Assembly: GCA_965262915.1 (NCBI GenBank)
Contig: OZ253564.1
Location: forward strand, 544,001-608,000
Reading direction: 5' to 3'
Length of the DNA stretch: 64,000 bases
From: Candidatus Spongiisociaceae bacterium
Lineage (GTDB): Bacteria; Actinomycetota; Acidimicrobiia; Spongiisociales; Spongiisociaceae
The translations under genes were made by a program, and so were the position numbers. Numbering within the stretch: position 1 is the stretch's first letter; each line of letters starts with the position of its first letter. Shown here one piece after another: positions 18,885 through 35,150 of the stretch. The notes under the pieces were generated by a model, which ran no database searches, was not told where the DNA came from, and saw nothing but the letters and a program-made list of their open reading frames with translations.

Positions 18885-19889
18885 TCAGGTCAGCCGGAAG
18901 AGAGCGGAGGCGGTGCCTGCGAAGATCGATTTGCGGGTTACGTCGTCGATCGCACCCATTGCGCCCTCGGTGGCTTCGGCATCCTCGATGGAGAATGGGT
19001 GGTCGGTGCCAAACATGACCCGGTTGCTCCCGACCATGGCGATCGCTGCCTGGAACGGGCCGGCCGAGTAGGTGATGGCGTCGACGTACAGTCGGGCGAT
19101 CGATCTGGACGGTGGTTCCGGCAGTCTCGTACGGCCGATCTCGTCCGATCGCCAGGCGGCGTCGAGGCGTCCTACCAGCGCCGACAGGGTCCCACCACCG
19201 TGCGAGACGACGATCTTGAGATCCGGGTGGTTGAAGAGCACGCCACCGAACACGAGACGGCTTACCACCGCGGTGGTCTCCATCGGGAAACCAACCCCCA
19301 CGGGCAGGACATGTCCGTAGCCCTCGAGGAGGTCCAGACCGATACCGTCCTGGGGGTGCAGCAGCACCGGGAGATCCCGCGACTCGAGTTCGGCCCACAC
19401 CGGTTCCAGCTCCGGATCGTCCAGCCGACAGTGGGCGATCCTCGGACCCGTCACGATCCCGCGCAGGCTCGGGTGCTGGTCGATAGCCGCGATCTCCGCC
19501 AGCGCGTCCTCGACACTGGTTGCGGGAAGGGCTCCGAGACCCACCAGGCGCCCTTCGGTCATCTCCTCCAGAGCGCCTAGTTCGTCGTTGACCACCCGCG
19601 TGAGCTCGACCCCCTGCTGACCCTCGAACGGCTCCATCCAGGGGTTGCCGAGCGAGATGACTGAACGCGAGATCGCTTTGCGGTCCATGAAGCCGACCTT
19701 GCCGGCGATGGTCCACCACCCATCCTCGATGGGCCGACCTATGCGCGGATTGGCGTGCTCCTCCGGGAAGATCACGAACCGCCTGACCGCACCGTCCCTG
19801 TACACGCGAGGAATGTCTTGTCGTTGCTCCAAGGCGGTGAGGTAGGACTTCGGGTAGAAGTGGGTATGAACATCGATTCTCATACTCAT
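18885..19889 (-). CDS. Amidohydrolase_2 decarboxylase, uracil-5-carboxylate (isoorotate) decarboxylase-like
   Basis: DVHTHFYP, GRP, SVISLGNPW, LHP, YGHVLP..VGFPMETT, SHGGGTL. Confidence 0.75.
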   Translation of the reverse strand: MSMRIDVHTHFYPKSYLTALEQRQDIPRVYRDGAVRRFVIFPEEHANPRIGRPIEDGWWTIAGKVGFMDRKAISRSVISLGNPWMEPFEGQQGVELTRVVNDELGALEEMTEGRLVGLGALPATSVEDALAEIAAIDQHPSLRGIVTGPRIAHCRLDDPELEPVWAELESRDLPVLLHPQDGIGLDLLEGYGHVLPVGVGFPMETTAVVSRLVFGGVLFNHPDLKIVVSHGGGTLSALVGRLDAAWRSDEIGRTRLPEPPSRSIARLYVDAITYSAGPFQAAIAMVGSNRVMFGTDHPFSIEDAEATEGAMGAIDDVTRKSIFAGTASALFRLT

Positions 19890-20677
19890 ACTGAGTTGCC
19901 TCCCCGGTCGGCGGCTTCGGCGAGTACCAGGGCGTCGAGTGCGGCGAGAATCACCTTGTCGATCAGAGTAGCCGACTCTTCGGGTGTCAAGCGGGTGGAC
20001 GCGTCGTGCGAGCTGGCCACCATGCAGATGGAGCCCGTTCTCAGCCGGAGCATGGACCCGAGGATAAACAGGGTGGAGGTCTCCATCTCCGACGCGAGCG
20101 CCCCGCCCATCCTCCAGGCCGCTCGCTTGCCTCGCAGTTCCTGTGCCACCCCTACCCGGTCCGGATCTCGGTGGGAGTAGAACGAATCCTTGGAATGGAG
20201 TACGCCGACCCGTACCGGCAGGCCCAGTGCCTCGGCCGCCTCCCGCAAGCATGCCGTGATGTCGAGGTCCGCTACGGCCGGGAACTCGATCGGAAGGTAC
20301 GACGTTCCGGTTCCCTCCTCCCGTACCGCGGCCGTTCCGACGATCACCTCGCCCGGTTTCACGTCGGGGGTCATCGACCCGCTGGTCCCGGTTCGTATGA
20401 GGGTCCTGGCGCCGACCTTGGTGAGCTCTTCGACCGCAATGGCCAACGACGGACAGCCGATGCCGGTTGACGTGACGGACACCGGCATGCCCCGGTAGGT
20501 CCCGGTGTAGGTGGTGTATTCGCGATTGGTGGCGATGTGGCGGGCATCGTCGAGAAGCTGTGCAATGCGCTCGGCCCTCTTGGGGTCACCGGGTAGGAGC
20601 ACCTTGTCGGCCACGTCACCCGGAAGGCATCGGATATGGTGCTGGGGTTTGTCGGTGCTCAACGGGTCGAGATTCAT
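19886..20677 (-). CDS. udp: Uridine/nucleoside phosphorylase
   Basis: LPGDPKR, NREY, STGIGCPS, R.GT.G, EME. Confidence 0.85.
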   Translation of the reverse strand: MNLDPLSTDKPQHHIRCLPGDVADKVLLPGDPKRAERIAQLLDDARHIATNREYTTYTGTYRGMPVSVTSTGIGCPSLAIAVEELTKVGARTLIRTGTSGSMTPDVKPGEVIVGTAAVREEGTGTSYLPIEFPAVADLDITACLREAAEALGLPVRVGVLHSKDSFYSHRDPDRVGVAQELRGKRAAWRMGGALASEMETSTLFILGSMLRLRTGSICMVASSHDASTRLTPEESATLIDKVILAALDALVLAEAADRGGNSV

Positions 20678-21480
20678 GGAGTTGGACCTCCTGCGGATCT
20701 GAGATGTTCCTCCAGTTCATCCACGCTGTGGATGGGAGGATCGAGCCCGAGCCCCTGCGAGACCTGATGCATCGTGGAGGGTTCGACACCGGCCTCCGCC
20801 AACCGGGGATCGCCGAGGACCGACATCGGATCGCCTTCGAGATGGATGTCGCCCTCCCGGAGCACCAGAACGCGATCGGCGCAGTCGAAGGCCAGGTCCA
20901 CGTCATGGGTGACCACCACGCAGCCATGGCCACGGCGCTGCGTGTCCGTGATGAGGTCGACGAGAATGCGGGTCCCCTCGGCGTCCTGCCCGCCGGTAGG
21001 TTCGTCGAGCACGAGAATCGGACTACCCATAGCGACGACCGACGCGATTGCGACTCGCTTGCGCCACGAGAGGGAAAGATCGTACGGGTTTGAATCGGCG
21101 ACCGACTCGAGGCCGAGCAGCGCCATCGCTCGTTCGAGCCGTGCGGTCGTGTCCTCGGACCCGGAGCCGTGCTCGGCCCCGAAAGACACCTCGTCGGCGA
21201 CCCGGTCGCGGAACAGCTGCGTGTCGGGGTTCTGGAACACGAGCCCGACAGTGCCTGACAATTTAGCGGTCCTCACTTTTCTCGTATCGGTACCGGCAAC
21301 CGTAACGGTCCCCGTACTGGGCTTTATCAGCCCGTTGAGCAGACGGAGCATGGTCGACTTGCCGGCGCCGTTGTGGCCGAGAACGAAGAGAGCCTCACCT
21401 GTGGATATGTCGAGGTTGACCTTCCGGATCGCCTCAACCCCCTTGGGGTATGTGTAACTCACGTCACGGAGCTGTATCAC
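20674..21480 (-). CDS. ECF transporter ATPase
   Basis: GHNGAGKST, FQNPD, LDEPT. Confidence 0.9.
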   Translation of the reverse strand: MIQLRDVSYTYPKGVEAIRKVNLDISTGEALFVLGHNGAGKSTMLRLLNGLIKPSTGTVTVAGTDTRKVRTAKLSGTVGLVFQNPDTQLFRDRVADEVSFGAEHGSGSEDTTARLERAMALLGLESVADSNPYDLSLSWRKRVAIASVVAMGSPILVLDEPTGGQDAEGTRILVDLITDTQRRGHGCVVVTHDVDLAFDCADRVLVLREGDIHLEGDPMSVLGDPRLAEAGVEPSTMHQVSQGLGLDPPIHSVDELEEHLRSAGGPTP

Positions 21481-21484
21481 TGGC

Positions 21485-22380
21485 TCAGGCCCCGGACCGA
21501 GCCAGTGCTTGCAGCGAAGCCACCAGCTGATCGGTCCCCAGAGGCGCAGTGCGGCTCGGTACGATTCCTCTCTCGCGTAGCTCTGCCCAGATCGCAACGT
21601 ATCGGGGAAGCATGATCATGTCGGCAAGGGGCCCTAGGTCGGCCAGCAGTGACGCCGGCTCCCCGTCAGCTATGACGCGCCCGCCGTCCAGGATGACCAG
21701 CCGATCGGTAATCCCGAGCCAGTGACTCAGGTCTTGAGCTACCACCAGTACCGTCGTGTGCCCTTGCCGGAGTGTCTTCACCATGGAGACCACTTCCGCC
21801 GTACCGGTGGGATCGAGTTGTGAGGTCGGGTCGTCGAGAATCAGGATGGGTTTCCTCTGGGCCAAGGCGCAAGCTATCGCGAGGCGCTGCGATTGGCCGC
21901 CCGATAGGCGGCGGGGATGATGGCCGGCCATTTCGGCCAGTCCGACACTCTCCAATGCTCCAAGAACCCTTGCCACGATCTCCTCACGTGGCAGACCCTC
22001 GTTTTCCAATGCGTAGGCCGTCTCGTCGAATGCCGTCCTCGTAGCGGCGGTCAACTGATCGAACGGGTTGTCGAACACCATGCCGATGGACTCGGTGATC
22101 GCGTTCAGTGGGGCGGACTCAACATCGTGTCCGAGCACCTGGGCCGCACCCTCGATCTTGCCATGCAGAATTCGCGGAACGAATCCGGCCACAACGCGCG
22201 CCAGCGTTGACTTGCCGCTTTCGGAAGGCCCGGTGATGAGGGTGAGTTGATCGCCATACAGCTCCAGGCTCAGACGGGTCAGCGACGGCGTGGAGGCAGT
22301 GTCGTAGGTGACGCTGAACTCGTTGAAGGTGGCAAAAGCGGCGGTCTCCGACCCTTTGGAGCCAGACGAGTTGGCGCCGC

Positions 22381-22387
<7 letters not shown>
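21485..22387 (-). CDS. ECF transporter ATPase
   Basis: GPSESGKST, LSGGQ, LDDPT. Confidence 0.88.
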
Positions 22388-25650
<3,263 letters not shown>

Positions 25651-26032
25651 TATATATTCATGTGTTCTTGTGGTGTCTATTCACAGTTTCTATGGTCTGG
25701 CCAGTCTCTAATTGCTGGAACACCGGCAGCCCACCTCAGTTGTCTAGGAAGCCTTGCAATTGTAGACGTTTCTTACGCCTAGAGATCGTTCCCAGCGTTG
25801 CCGATGCGCATGTGGTTCGTCGTTGCGATGGTTGCCATCAAGCGAAGCGCTTCCTCGCAGTAGCGATCGGGATGGACTTCCACCCGGTCATCGCCGGTTG
25901 CGCCATCCACACCACACCTGGTTGAAGCATGTGACCGCGCCGGCTGGTTCTAACCATGTTGACCTATTCGATCCGGATGCTCGTTGTACAGGTGGAGAAC
26001 GAGTTGGTCGAGGTCGTCGCTGCGACTGCCGC

Positions 26033-26138
26033 CTAGGAGAATGCTGAAAAACGGGGTAGCGGTCGGCCTTCCGTCGGCTGACCAGGTAGTTTGCTATCGG
26101 CCCTCGGGCCAACAGGGGGTTTCTCAGCACTCTTCCAG
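26033..26138. mobile_element. ~105-bp MITE of a second family
   Basis: GGAGAATGCTGAAAAAC ... GTTTCTCAGCACTCTTCC imperfect inverted ends; 24-bp end recurs inverted at 51328-51351. Confidence 0.6.
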
Positions 26139-26261
26139 CAGACCACGGTGTCCACCTGCTAGCTGTACTCCCAGGCTCTCGGCGGATGTGTGACATCGTC
26201 CTGCGGGCTGGTTCTCCCGCCCCCGGGGGGAACCAGGTAGCGACGGTGACCTGACCAGTGG

Positions 26262-26588
26262 TCACCGATCACCTGCTACTGACCATGGGTGGTTCAAGGC
26301 CTTCTCCAGGTTGGAGAGGTACTCGGCGAAGGCGCGACGGCCCTCCGGTGTCGCCCTGATCCAGGTGCGCGGTTTGGAGTCACGGAACTCCTTGGTGATG
26401 GCCAGGTAACCGGCGCCTTCCAGCTTCCGCAGATGGGTGGTCAGGTTGCCTCCCGTCAGGTCCAGCGTCTTCTGGATGAAACCGTAGGCGAGCCGATCCG
26501 TGTCTGGTTGGAGGACCAGCATGGACATTATCCGCAGCCGGGTGGACTGATGGATGGTCTCGTCGAGGACGATGGTCTCTTCTGTCAC
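26262..26588 (-). CDS. Winged-helix transcriptional regulator (HTH_34/MarR-like)
   Basis: IHQSTRLRIMS, LTGGNLTTHLRKLEGAGY, TPEGRRAF; GTGA overlap. Confidence 0.85.
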   Translation of the reverse strand: MTEETIVLDETIHQSTRLRIMSMLVLQPDTDRLAYGFIQKTLDLTGGNLTTHLRKLEGAGYLAITKEFRDSKPRTWIRATPEGRRAFAEYLSNLEKALNHPWSVAGDR

Positions 26589-27220
26589 GCCATGTCGTTC
26601 TTGCGGATCCACGCCCAACCGAGCCCCGCCACGACCAGCGTCGCGACCCCCGACACGGCTGGTGCAGCATCGCCGGCGAGGTAACTGGGAAGGTAGAAGG
26701 AAGCTGCGATTCCTAGACCCACCACTGCCAAGGCCGGACGGAACATTATGCCGAACAAGACGTATCCAAGCCCCACGATGCCGACCACGACGTAGGGTAT
26801 CTTGGCGGCGAGTTCGGCGTTCCACATTCCCGCTGCGCCCGGGACGAGGAACGCCGTGGTTATCACCGCCAGCCAGAAGAGAAACACCCGGATCCCGGCG
26901 CTGCGCGCGTCGACCCCAACGGCGATCCTCCCGGTTGCGCGGTGTCCGATGATGGCGCTGCCCACCATCCCTCCGACACCGAGTGCTATCCAGAGCGGCA
27001 GGGGAATCCAGGGCCGGCGCGCCAGGAGATCGGTAGCCAACGTCTGCGATGCGTACTGCCAGAAGTATCCGAGGGAGACTATGGCGCCCCAGAGGAGCAG
27101 GATCGTCTCCATTCCGGCGGCGTACATCGAACTCCGCGATCGGTCCAACGTCTCGTGGATCGTGCCCCAACTCTCTTCCGGCGTAAGTGCCGCCGTACCT
27201 CCGTCAGATCTCCCCATCAT
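26585..27220 (-). CDS. Membrane protein paired with the wHTH regulator
   Basis: About 6 hydrophobic helices; translationally coupled. Confidence 0.75.
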   Translation of the reverse strand: MMGRSDGGTAALTPEESWGTIHETLDRSRSSMYAAGMETILLLWGAIVSLGYFWQYASQTLATDLLARRPWIPLPLWIALGVGGMVGSAIIGHRATGRIAVGVDARSAGIRVFLFWLAVITTAFLVPGAAGMWNAELAAKIPYVVVGIVGLGYVLFGIMFRPALAVVGLGIAASFYLPSYLAGDAAPAVSGVATLVVAGLGWAWIRKNDMA

Positions 27221-27375
27221 CCGCCTCCCTTTCCAATCGGGCGGGCCCTGCCTCGCCTCGCTTTGGTTTGTGTCGCAAACCACTTTAGGAGAGGTCGGTT
27301 TGCAATGCAAACGAGTTTGCAGAATTCACAGAGGGTTGTTCAACTGCCACCTGCGCGAACAAGAAGGAACATCAT

Positions 27376-27571
27376 CCGACTACCGACTACCGACTACCGA
27401 CTACCGACTACCGACTACCGACTACCGACTACCGACTACCGACTACCGACTACCGACTACCGACTACCGACTACCGACTACCGACTACCGACTACCGACT
27501 ACCGACTACCGACTACCGACTACCGACTACCGACTACCGACTACCGACTACCGACTACCGACTACCGACTA
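27376..27571. repeat. Perfect heptamer tandem repeat (CCGACTA)x28
   Basis: 196 bp counted directly. Confidence 0.97.
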
Positions 27572-28689
27572 CCTAAGACTTCCGTCATCCGCCTGGCCAC
27601 CACGTCGGCGTCGCCCGGCAGCATCGTCATCGGGTCGATCACGATGGCTTCTCCGTCGGCCCGCATCGCGATCGAGGGTTCCCCGGCCAGGAGTTGGTCG
27701 ATGATCGATGCGGCCGGCGGTGTCTTGGCGGGATCGAACGTGACGTATCCGCGAGCGACCGCGGCGGGTGCAGCCGCGTGACCCTTGGAGCCCACCTCGG
27801 CCTGTACCCCGTCGATCGTGTTGAGGACGGCGGCGATTGCCTCCAGGTCCTTCCTCCAGCGCGCCAATTCCTCTTCCTCGTCCGCGGCGAGGAACAACTC
27901 GACGGCGGCCAGCAGACCTACGATCTCCTCCTTGCCCACCTTCATGCCACGGCCGATAGCAGTGAAGGGGTTGGCGTTCAGCCGGACCGCCTCCACCAGG
28001 TCGGCCTGCCCGAGGACCAAGCCGGTGCTCTGCGGTCCTCTGATCGCCTTACCGCCACTGAAGACAACCGCGGAAGCCCCCAACTCGAGAAGGGATCTCA
28101 GGTTGGACCGGGGCGGAAGTTGGGCAGCGGCGTCGACGATAAGCGGTACGCCGCGCTCCGAAGCGGCGGAAGCCAACTCGGCCAGGTCCTGCTCGGACTG
28201 CAGGCCGTAGAACAACACTACGGCCGCGGCGCGCGGCCCTATCGCAGCAACCATATCGGCGGTGCTCACGTCTGTCCGGCTACCGACCTTGATCAGCTTC
28301 CCGCCCACTGACTCGATGCCCTGATGGACGAACACATGGGGGTCTATGAGACTGATCACGAACTCATCGGGAAACGCCTCGGTATGCGGCAGGCTTGCGA
28401 TCCTCTCCGGGTCTCCTTTCGTCATGCAGGCCGCCGCGCACATCGCCACGCCACTGGAGGCACCGCACGAGATGAAGGCGGCTTCGACACCGATCATCTC
28501 GGCCAGCTTCTCGCCTGCCTTCCGGTGCAAAGCGTTCAGGTCGATGAACGATCGGGCTGCGGCGGCCATCGCTGCGACCACCTTTTTCGGCATAACGCTG
28601 CCCCCCAGCGTGGTGGAGTTTCCTGACGCGTTTAAGAACGGTCGCAGACCAAGGAGTCTCCGGTAAGGATCGTCGTCGCATCTGCCCAT
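27562..28689 (-). CDS. SelA-like PLP-dependent enzyme (DgaE-like)
   Basis: NASG..T.LGGS, VDAAAQ, FSGGKAIRGPQSTG, GRGMKVGKEEI. Confidence 0.88.
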   Translation of the reverse strand: MGRCDDDPYRRLLGLRPFLNASGNSTTLGGSVMPKKVVAAMAAAARSFIDLNALHRKAGEKLAEMIGVEAAFISCGASSGVAMCAAACMTKGDPERIASLPHTEAFPDEFVISLIDPHVFVHQGIESVGGKLIKVGSRTDVSTADMVAAIGPRAAAVVLFYGLQSEQDLAELASAASERGVPLIVDAAAQLPPRSNLRSLLELGASAVVFSGGKAIRGPQSTGLVLGQADLVEAVRLNANPFTAIGRGMKVGKEEIVGLLAAVELFLAADEEEELARWRKDLEAIAAVLNTIDGVQAEVGSKGHAAAPAAVARGYVTFDPAKTPPAASIIDQLLAGEPSIAMRADGEAIVIDPMTMLPGDADVVARRMTEVLGSR

Positions 28690-28959
28690 GGTCGTCCCCT
28701 CCGTCTACCCGGATCTCACCATACCGAGATCGACAGTTCCGCTCCGGACGGGGCCGCATGGATACACAAAAGCCGCAATATCGGTTGACGGTCCTTTTCG
28801 CTTGCTCCTAGAGTCAGAAGAGAGCAGTGCCCGGTCGTTTAAGGGAGGAATCGAGGAAACTCACGTCGAGCCCACTTCAGTCGTCTACGGCCGTGGCCCG
28901 GGCACGCCGAGCATCAGCCGCGGTGGGTAGGTCGATTGGGGAATCCCGGAGGAGAATCC

Positions 28960-30738
<1,779 letters not shown>

Positions 30739-30745
30739 CAGGCGG

Positions 30746-30910
30746 TAGTGGTCTGCCTGCAAAACAACTTGGCGTGCCCTGCTTGCCAGCGGCGCCCCTC
30801 GCTGCGTTCCGTCTCCTCGACGTACCGCTGTGGGTACGCCTTCGTCGGCGGGCCTTGCGAGGAACGTCGCTGCCGGCGCATACCACGGCACTGTTTCGCA
30901 GACAGACCAC
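30746..30910. repeat. ~165-bp MITE/REP-like element, third copy
   Basis: High identity to 23186-23351. Confidence 0.85.
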
Positions 30911-31113
30911 CGTCGAACTTGTCCGCCGCTCGTCGACCAGTGATCGTGTCGTCGAGCGGCAGACCGCGGGTGTCTTGGTCCACCGCTTGCCGGTGGCGTT
31001 TACACGAACCCTGACCGTGTCGATCGGTTGGGCGAGGGAATTGCCAGTGCCTCGTATCCCGCTCCTGCGAGTGGAACCATGCGGGCAGCATGCAGCCTGA
31101 TTGTGGTTGAGGC

Positions 31114-32070
31114 GTGGGCTCCTACATAGTCCGCCGGCTGGCGTGGGCGGTCGTGGTCACGGTCGGGGTGACCACGCTCGTCTTCTTCCTGATCCGGGCC
31201 ATCGGTGGTGACCCGGCCCTGATCAGGTACGGCGAGATGGCCCGGGAACATCCGGAGCTGGCAGACGAGTTCCGGCGCCAACACGGGCTGGACAAGCCCT
31301 TGGTCGAGCAGTACTGGGTGTTCGTGACCAGCGCGGTCAAGGGTGACCTGGGTAACTCGCTCTACTCCGGCCAGCCCGCCTTCGAGATCCTCAGACGGGG
31401 TCTCCGAGTGACAGTCCCGCTGGCCATCATGTCATTGGCGTTCTCCGTCTTGATTGGGATGTCGCTGGGCATGACCGGCGCCTTCAACCATCGAACCTGG
31501 CTCGACGGTGTCTCCTCGGTCGCCTCGTTGGTGGGCGTTGCCCTGCCCAGCTTCTACCTGGCCATGTTGCTCCTGCTGACGGGGGGACTCTGGCTCGGCT
31601 GGTTTCCGATCATCGGCAGCCTGGGAATAGACCCGCTCGGCGATCCGCTGGGAACCGCCCACAGCCTGTTCCTTCCTTCCCTGGCGGTGGCCATGTACAG
31701 CGCGGCAGCCGTCAGCCGCCTGCTCCGGTCCAGCACGCTGGAGGAACTCCGGAGGCCCTACGTGCTGGTAGCCCGCGCCAAGGGTCTTCCGTCCAGCGTG
31801 GTCAACACCCGCCACGCGTTGCGAAACGCCCTCATCCCCACCGTCACCATCATCGGTCTCCATGTAGCGGACCTGATCTCGGGTCTGATATTCGTGGAGG
31901 TGGTTTTCACCCTGCCGGGCGTGGGACGGCTGTTCCTCGAAGCCGTGTCGTCGCGCGACTACATCGTGATCCAGGCGGCGGTTTTCTTCTTCGCTATCTC
32001 GTTCTCCCTGGTGAACCTGGTCACCGATCTGCTCTACCCGGTTCTCAACCCGAAGGTGAGGCTCGAGTGA
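31114..32070 (+). CDS. ABC permease (DppB/OppB-like)
   Basis: GLDKPL..QY, GDLG.S, ARAKGL, HALRNAL. Confidence 0.93.
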   Translation: MGSYIVRRLAWAVVVTVGVTTLVFFLIRAIGGDPALIRYGEMAREHPELADEFRRQHGLDKPLVEQYWVFVTSAVKGDLGNSLYSGQPAFEILRRGLRVTVPLAIMSLAFSVLIGMSLGMTGAFNHRTWLDGVSSVASLVGVALPSFYLAMLLLLTGGLWLGWFPIIGSLGIDPLGDPLGTAHSLFLPSLAVAMYSAAAVSRLLRSSTLEELRRPYVLVARAKGLPSSVVNTRHALRNALIPTVTIIGLHVADLISGLIFVEVVFTLPGVGRLFLEAVSSRDYIVIQAAVFFFAISFSLVNLVTDLLYPVLNPKVRLE

Positions 32071-32975
32071 CCGGAACAGGGACCGAGCAGGTGACCGCGC
32101 GGGAGGTATCGATCGTCCGGACCACCCGCCGGGCGAGGGCCCGAAGGGTGCTCTCGACGATCCTTCATACCCGGCGGGCTCTGGTCGGACTCATCCTGGT
32201 CCTGAGCATGGTGTTCGTGTCCGCCTTGGCGCCGATCCTCGCGCCCTACGATCCGGTGATTCCCGACCATGGTCCGCAGTTCGCTCCTCCCGGCTGGGAT
32301 TTCCCCTTCGGCACCGACGACTTCGGGCGTGACATGTTGAGCCGGGTGATATGGGGGGGGAGGAAGGCCCTGGTCATCGCAGTGGCCGCGGTGTTGCTGG
32401 CACTCATGGCCGGAGGCGTCCTCGGTCTGGTGGCTGGGTTCGTCGGGCGCAAGGTCGATCAGCTGATCATGAGGTTGATAGACATCCTGCAGGCCATACC
32501 GTGGCTGGTACTGGCGCTCATGGTCGTGGCCTTCCTGGGTCCGGGTCTGTGGAATGTGATCATCGCCATAGCACTACCCGGAATACCCGGATATGCCCGA
32601 CTGGTGAGGAGTTCGGTCCTCGAAGTGCGGGAACAGGACTACGTGACCGCCGCCCGGGCCATCGGCGACGGTCCCGTGTCCATCATGGTCCGGCAGGTTC
32701 TTGCCAACAGCTTCGTTCCGGTTCTGGTGGTCATGACCCTCGGATTCGGCGGCACGCTCATCGCCGAGGCCGGCCTGAGCTTCGTGGGGCTCGGTACCCA
32801 GCCGCCGGAGCCCAGCTGGGGAAGGATGCTGAGCGAATCCCGATCGTTCATCTCGGTGGCGCCTTGGACGGTGGTCTTCCCCGGTCTTGCCATCAGCTGG
32901 GGTGTGATCGGCTTCAATATCCTGGGAGACGGGTTGAGGGACGCCCTCGACCCACGCATGCGGGACATCAGGTGA
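32067..32975 (+). CDS. ABC permease (DppC/OppC-like)
   Basis: GTDDFGRD, EAGLSFVGLG, GDGLRDALDP. Confidence 0.93.
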   Translation: MTGTGTEQVTAREVSIVRTTRRARARRVLSTILHTRRALVGLILVLSMVFVSALAPILAPYDPVIPDHGPQFAPPGWDFPFGTDDFGRDMLSRVIWGGRKALVIAVAAVLLALMAGGVLGLVAGFVGRKVDQLIMRLIDILQAIPWLVLALMVVAFLGPGLWNVIIAIALPGIPGYARLVRSSVLEVREQDYVTAARAIGDGPVSIMVRQVLANSFVPVLVVMTLGFGGTLIAEAGLSFVGLGTQPPEPSWGRMLSESRSFISVAPWTVVFPGLAISWGVIGFNILGDGLRDALDPRMRDIR

Positions 32976-32982
32976 AACTGAT

Positions 32983-34050
32983 ATGACTGAGGCGGACACC
33001 ACGGCGGGCGACGGAACGGTACTGAGCGTCGAGGACCTGCGGGTCTACTTCCACACTCGCAGCGGGGTGGTACGCGCCGTCGACGGGATCGACCTGGATA
33101 TCCGGAAGGGTGAAGCGGTGGGACTGGTGGGCGAGTCCGGGTCCGGAAAGAGCCAGACCGCTCTGGCCGTCATGGGCCTGACGACGGCCCCCGGACGGAT
33201 CGAGTCCGGCAGGATCGTCTTCAATGGGATGGACCTGCGCCGCCAATCCGCCGAGGCCATCCGCAAGATCAGGGGACGGGACATGGCCATGATCTTCCAG
33301 GATCCCATGAGCAGCCTCAACCCGGTGCTGCGGGTCGGAGAGCAGGTAGCCGACGGGATGCGGGTCCATCAGCCGGGCCGTACCCGGGCCGGGGTGGTGT
33401 TCGACGAGTTGTCGGGACTGCACCGCCTCCGCAGGTTCGCCAGGAAGGTCAAGGCCACGGTGGTCGAGCTGTTCCGAAGGGTGCGGATACCGGGCGCCCG
33501 ACGGCGGGTGAGGAGCTTCCCCCACGAGTTCAGCGGCGGTCTCCGCCAGAGGGTGATGATCGCCGCCGGCCTGGCATGGAGCCCGTCGCTCCTGATCGCC
33601 GACGAACCCACCACCGCCCTGGACGTGACCATCGAGGCCCAGGTGCTGCGGCTGATCGCCGAACTCCAGCAGGAGATGGAGATGGGCCTGCTGCTGATCA
33701 CCCACGACATCGGGTTGGTAGCCGAGAATTGTGATCGGGTCTACGTCATGTACGCAGGCCGGATCGTGGAGGAGGCGCGGGTGCGGGACCTGTTCACGAA
33801 CCCCCGCCACCCCTACACCCGGGGACTGCTGGCCTCGACGCCGGACCTCGACGACGACCGGGAGTGGCTGGTGACGATGGAGGGGGCCATGCCGGACCTG
33901 ACCGAACCGTTCGCCGGGTGCGCCTTCTATGACCGGTGCCCCCACCGGCTCGACCCCCGTTGTGCCACGGAGCGGCCGCCTCTGCGGGAGGTCGACGACC
34001 ACCACCGGGTGGCCTGCTTCTACGACGTACCGGACCCGGCCCGTGCCTGA
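32983..34050 (+). CDS. ABC ATPase (DppD/OppD-like)
   Basis: GESGSGKS, FSGG, DEPTTALD, C-terminal Cys cluster. Confidence 0.93.
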   Translation: MTEADTTAGDGTVLSVEDLRVYFHTRSGVVRAVDGIDLDIRKGEAVGLVGESGSGKSQTALAVMGLTTAPGRIESGRIVFNGMDLRRQSAEAIRKIRGRDMAMIFQDPMSSLNPVLRVGEQVADGMRVHQPGRTRAGVVFDELSGLHRLRRFARKVKATVVELFRRVRIPGARRRVRSFPHEFSGGLRQRVMIAAGLAWSPSLLIADEPTTALDVTIEAQVLRLIAELQQEMEMGLLLITHDIGLVAENCDRVYVMYAGRIVEEARVRDLFTNPRHPYTRGLLASTPDLDDDREWLVTMEGAMPDLTEPFAGCAFYDRCPHRLDPRCATERPPLREVDDHHRVACFYDVPDPARA

Positions 34051-34084
34051 CCGCCACGGGTTCGGCAGTCGGCGGAGGTCGTAG

Positions 34085-35149
<1,065 letters not shown>

Positions 35150-35150
35150 A

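Noticed and set aside
26802-27781. ORFs with DYRLPTT repeats
   Set aside because: Translation artefact of the heptamer array, antisense to real genes.
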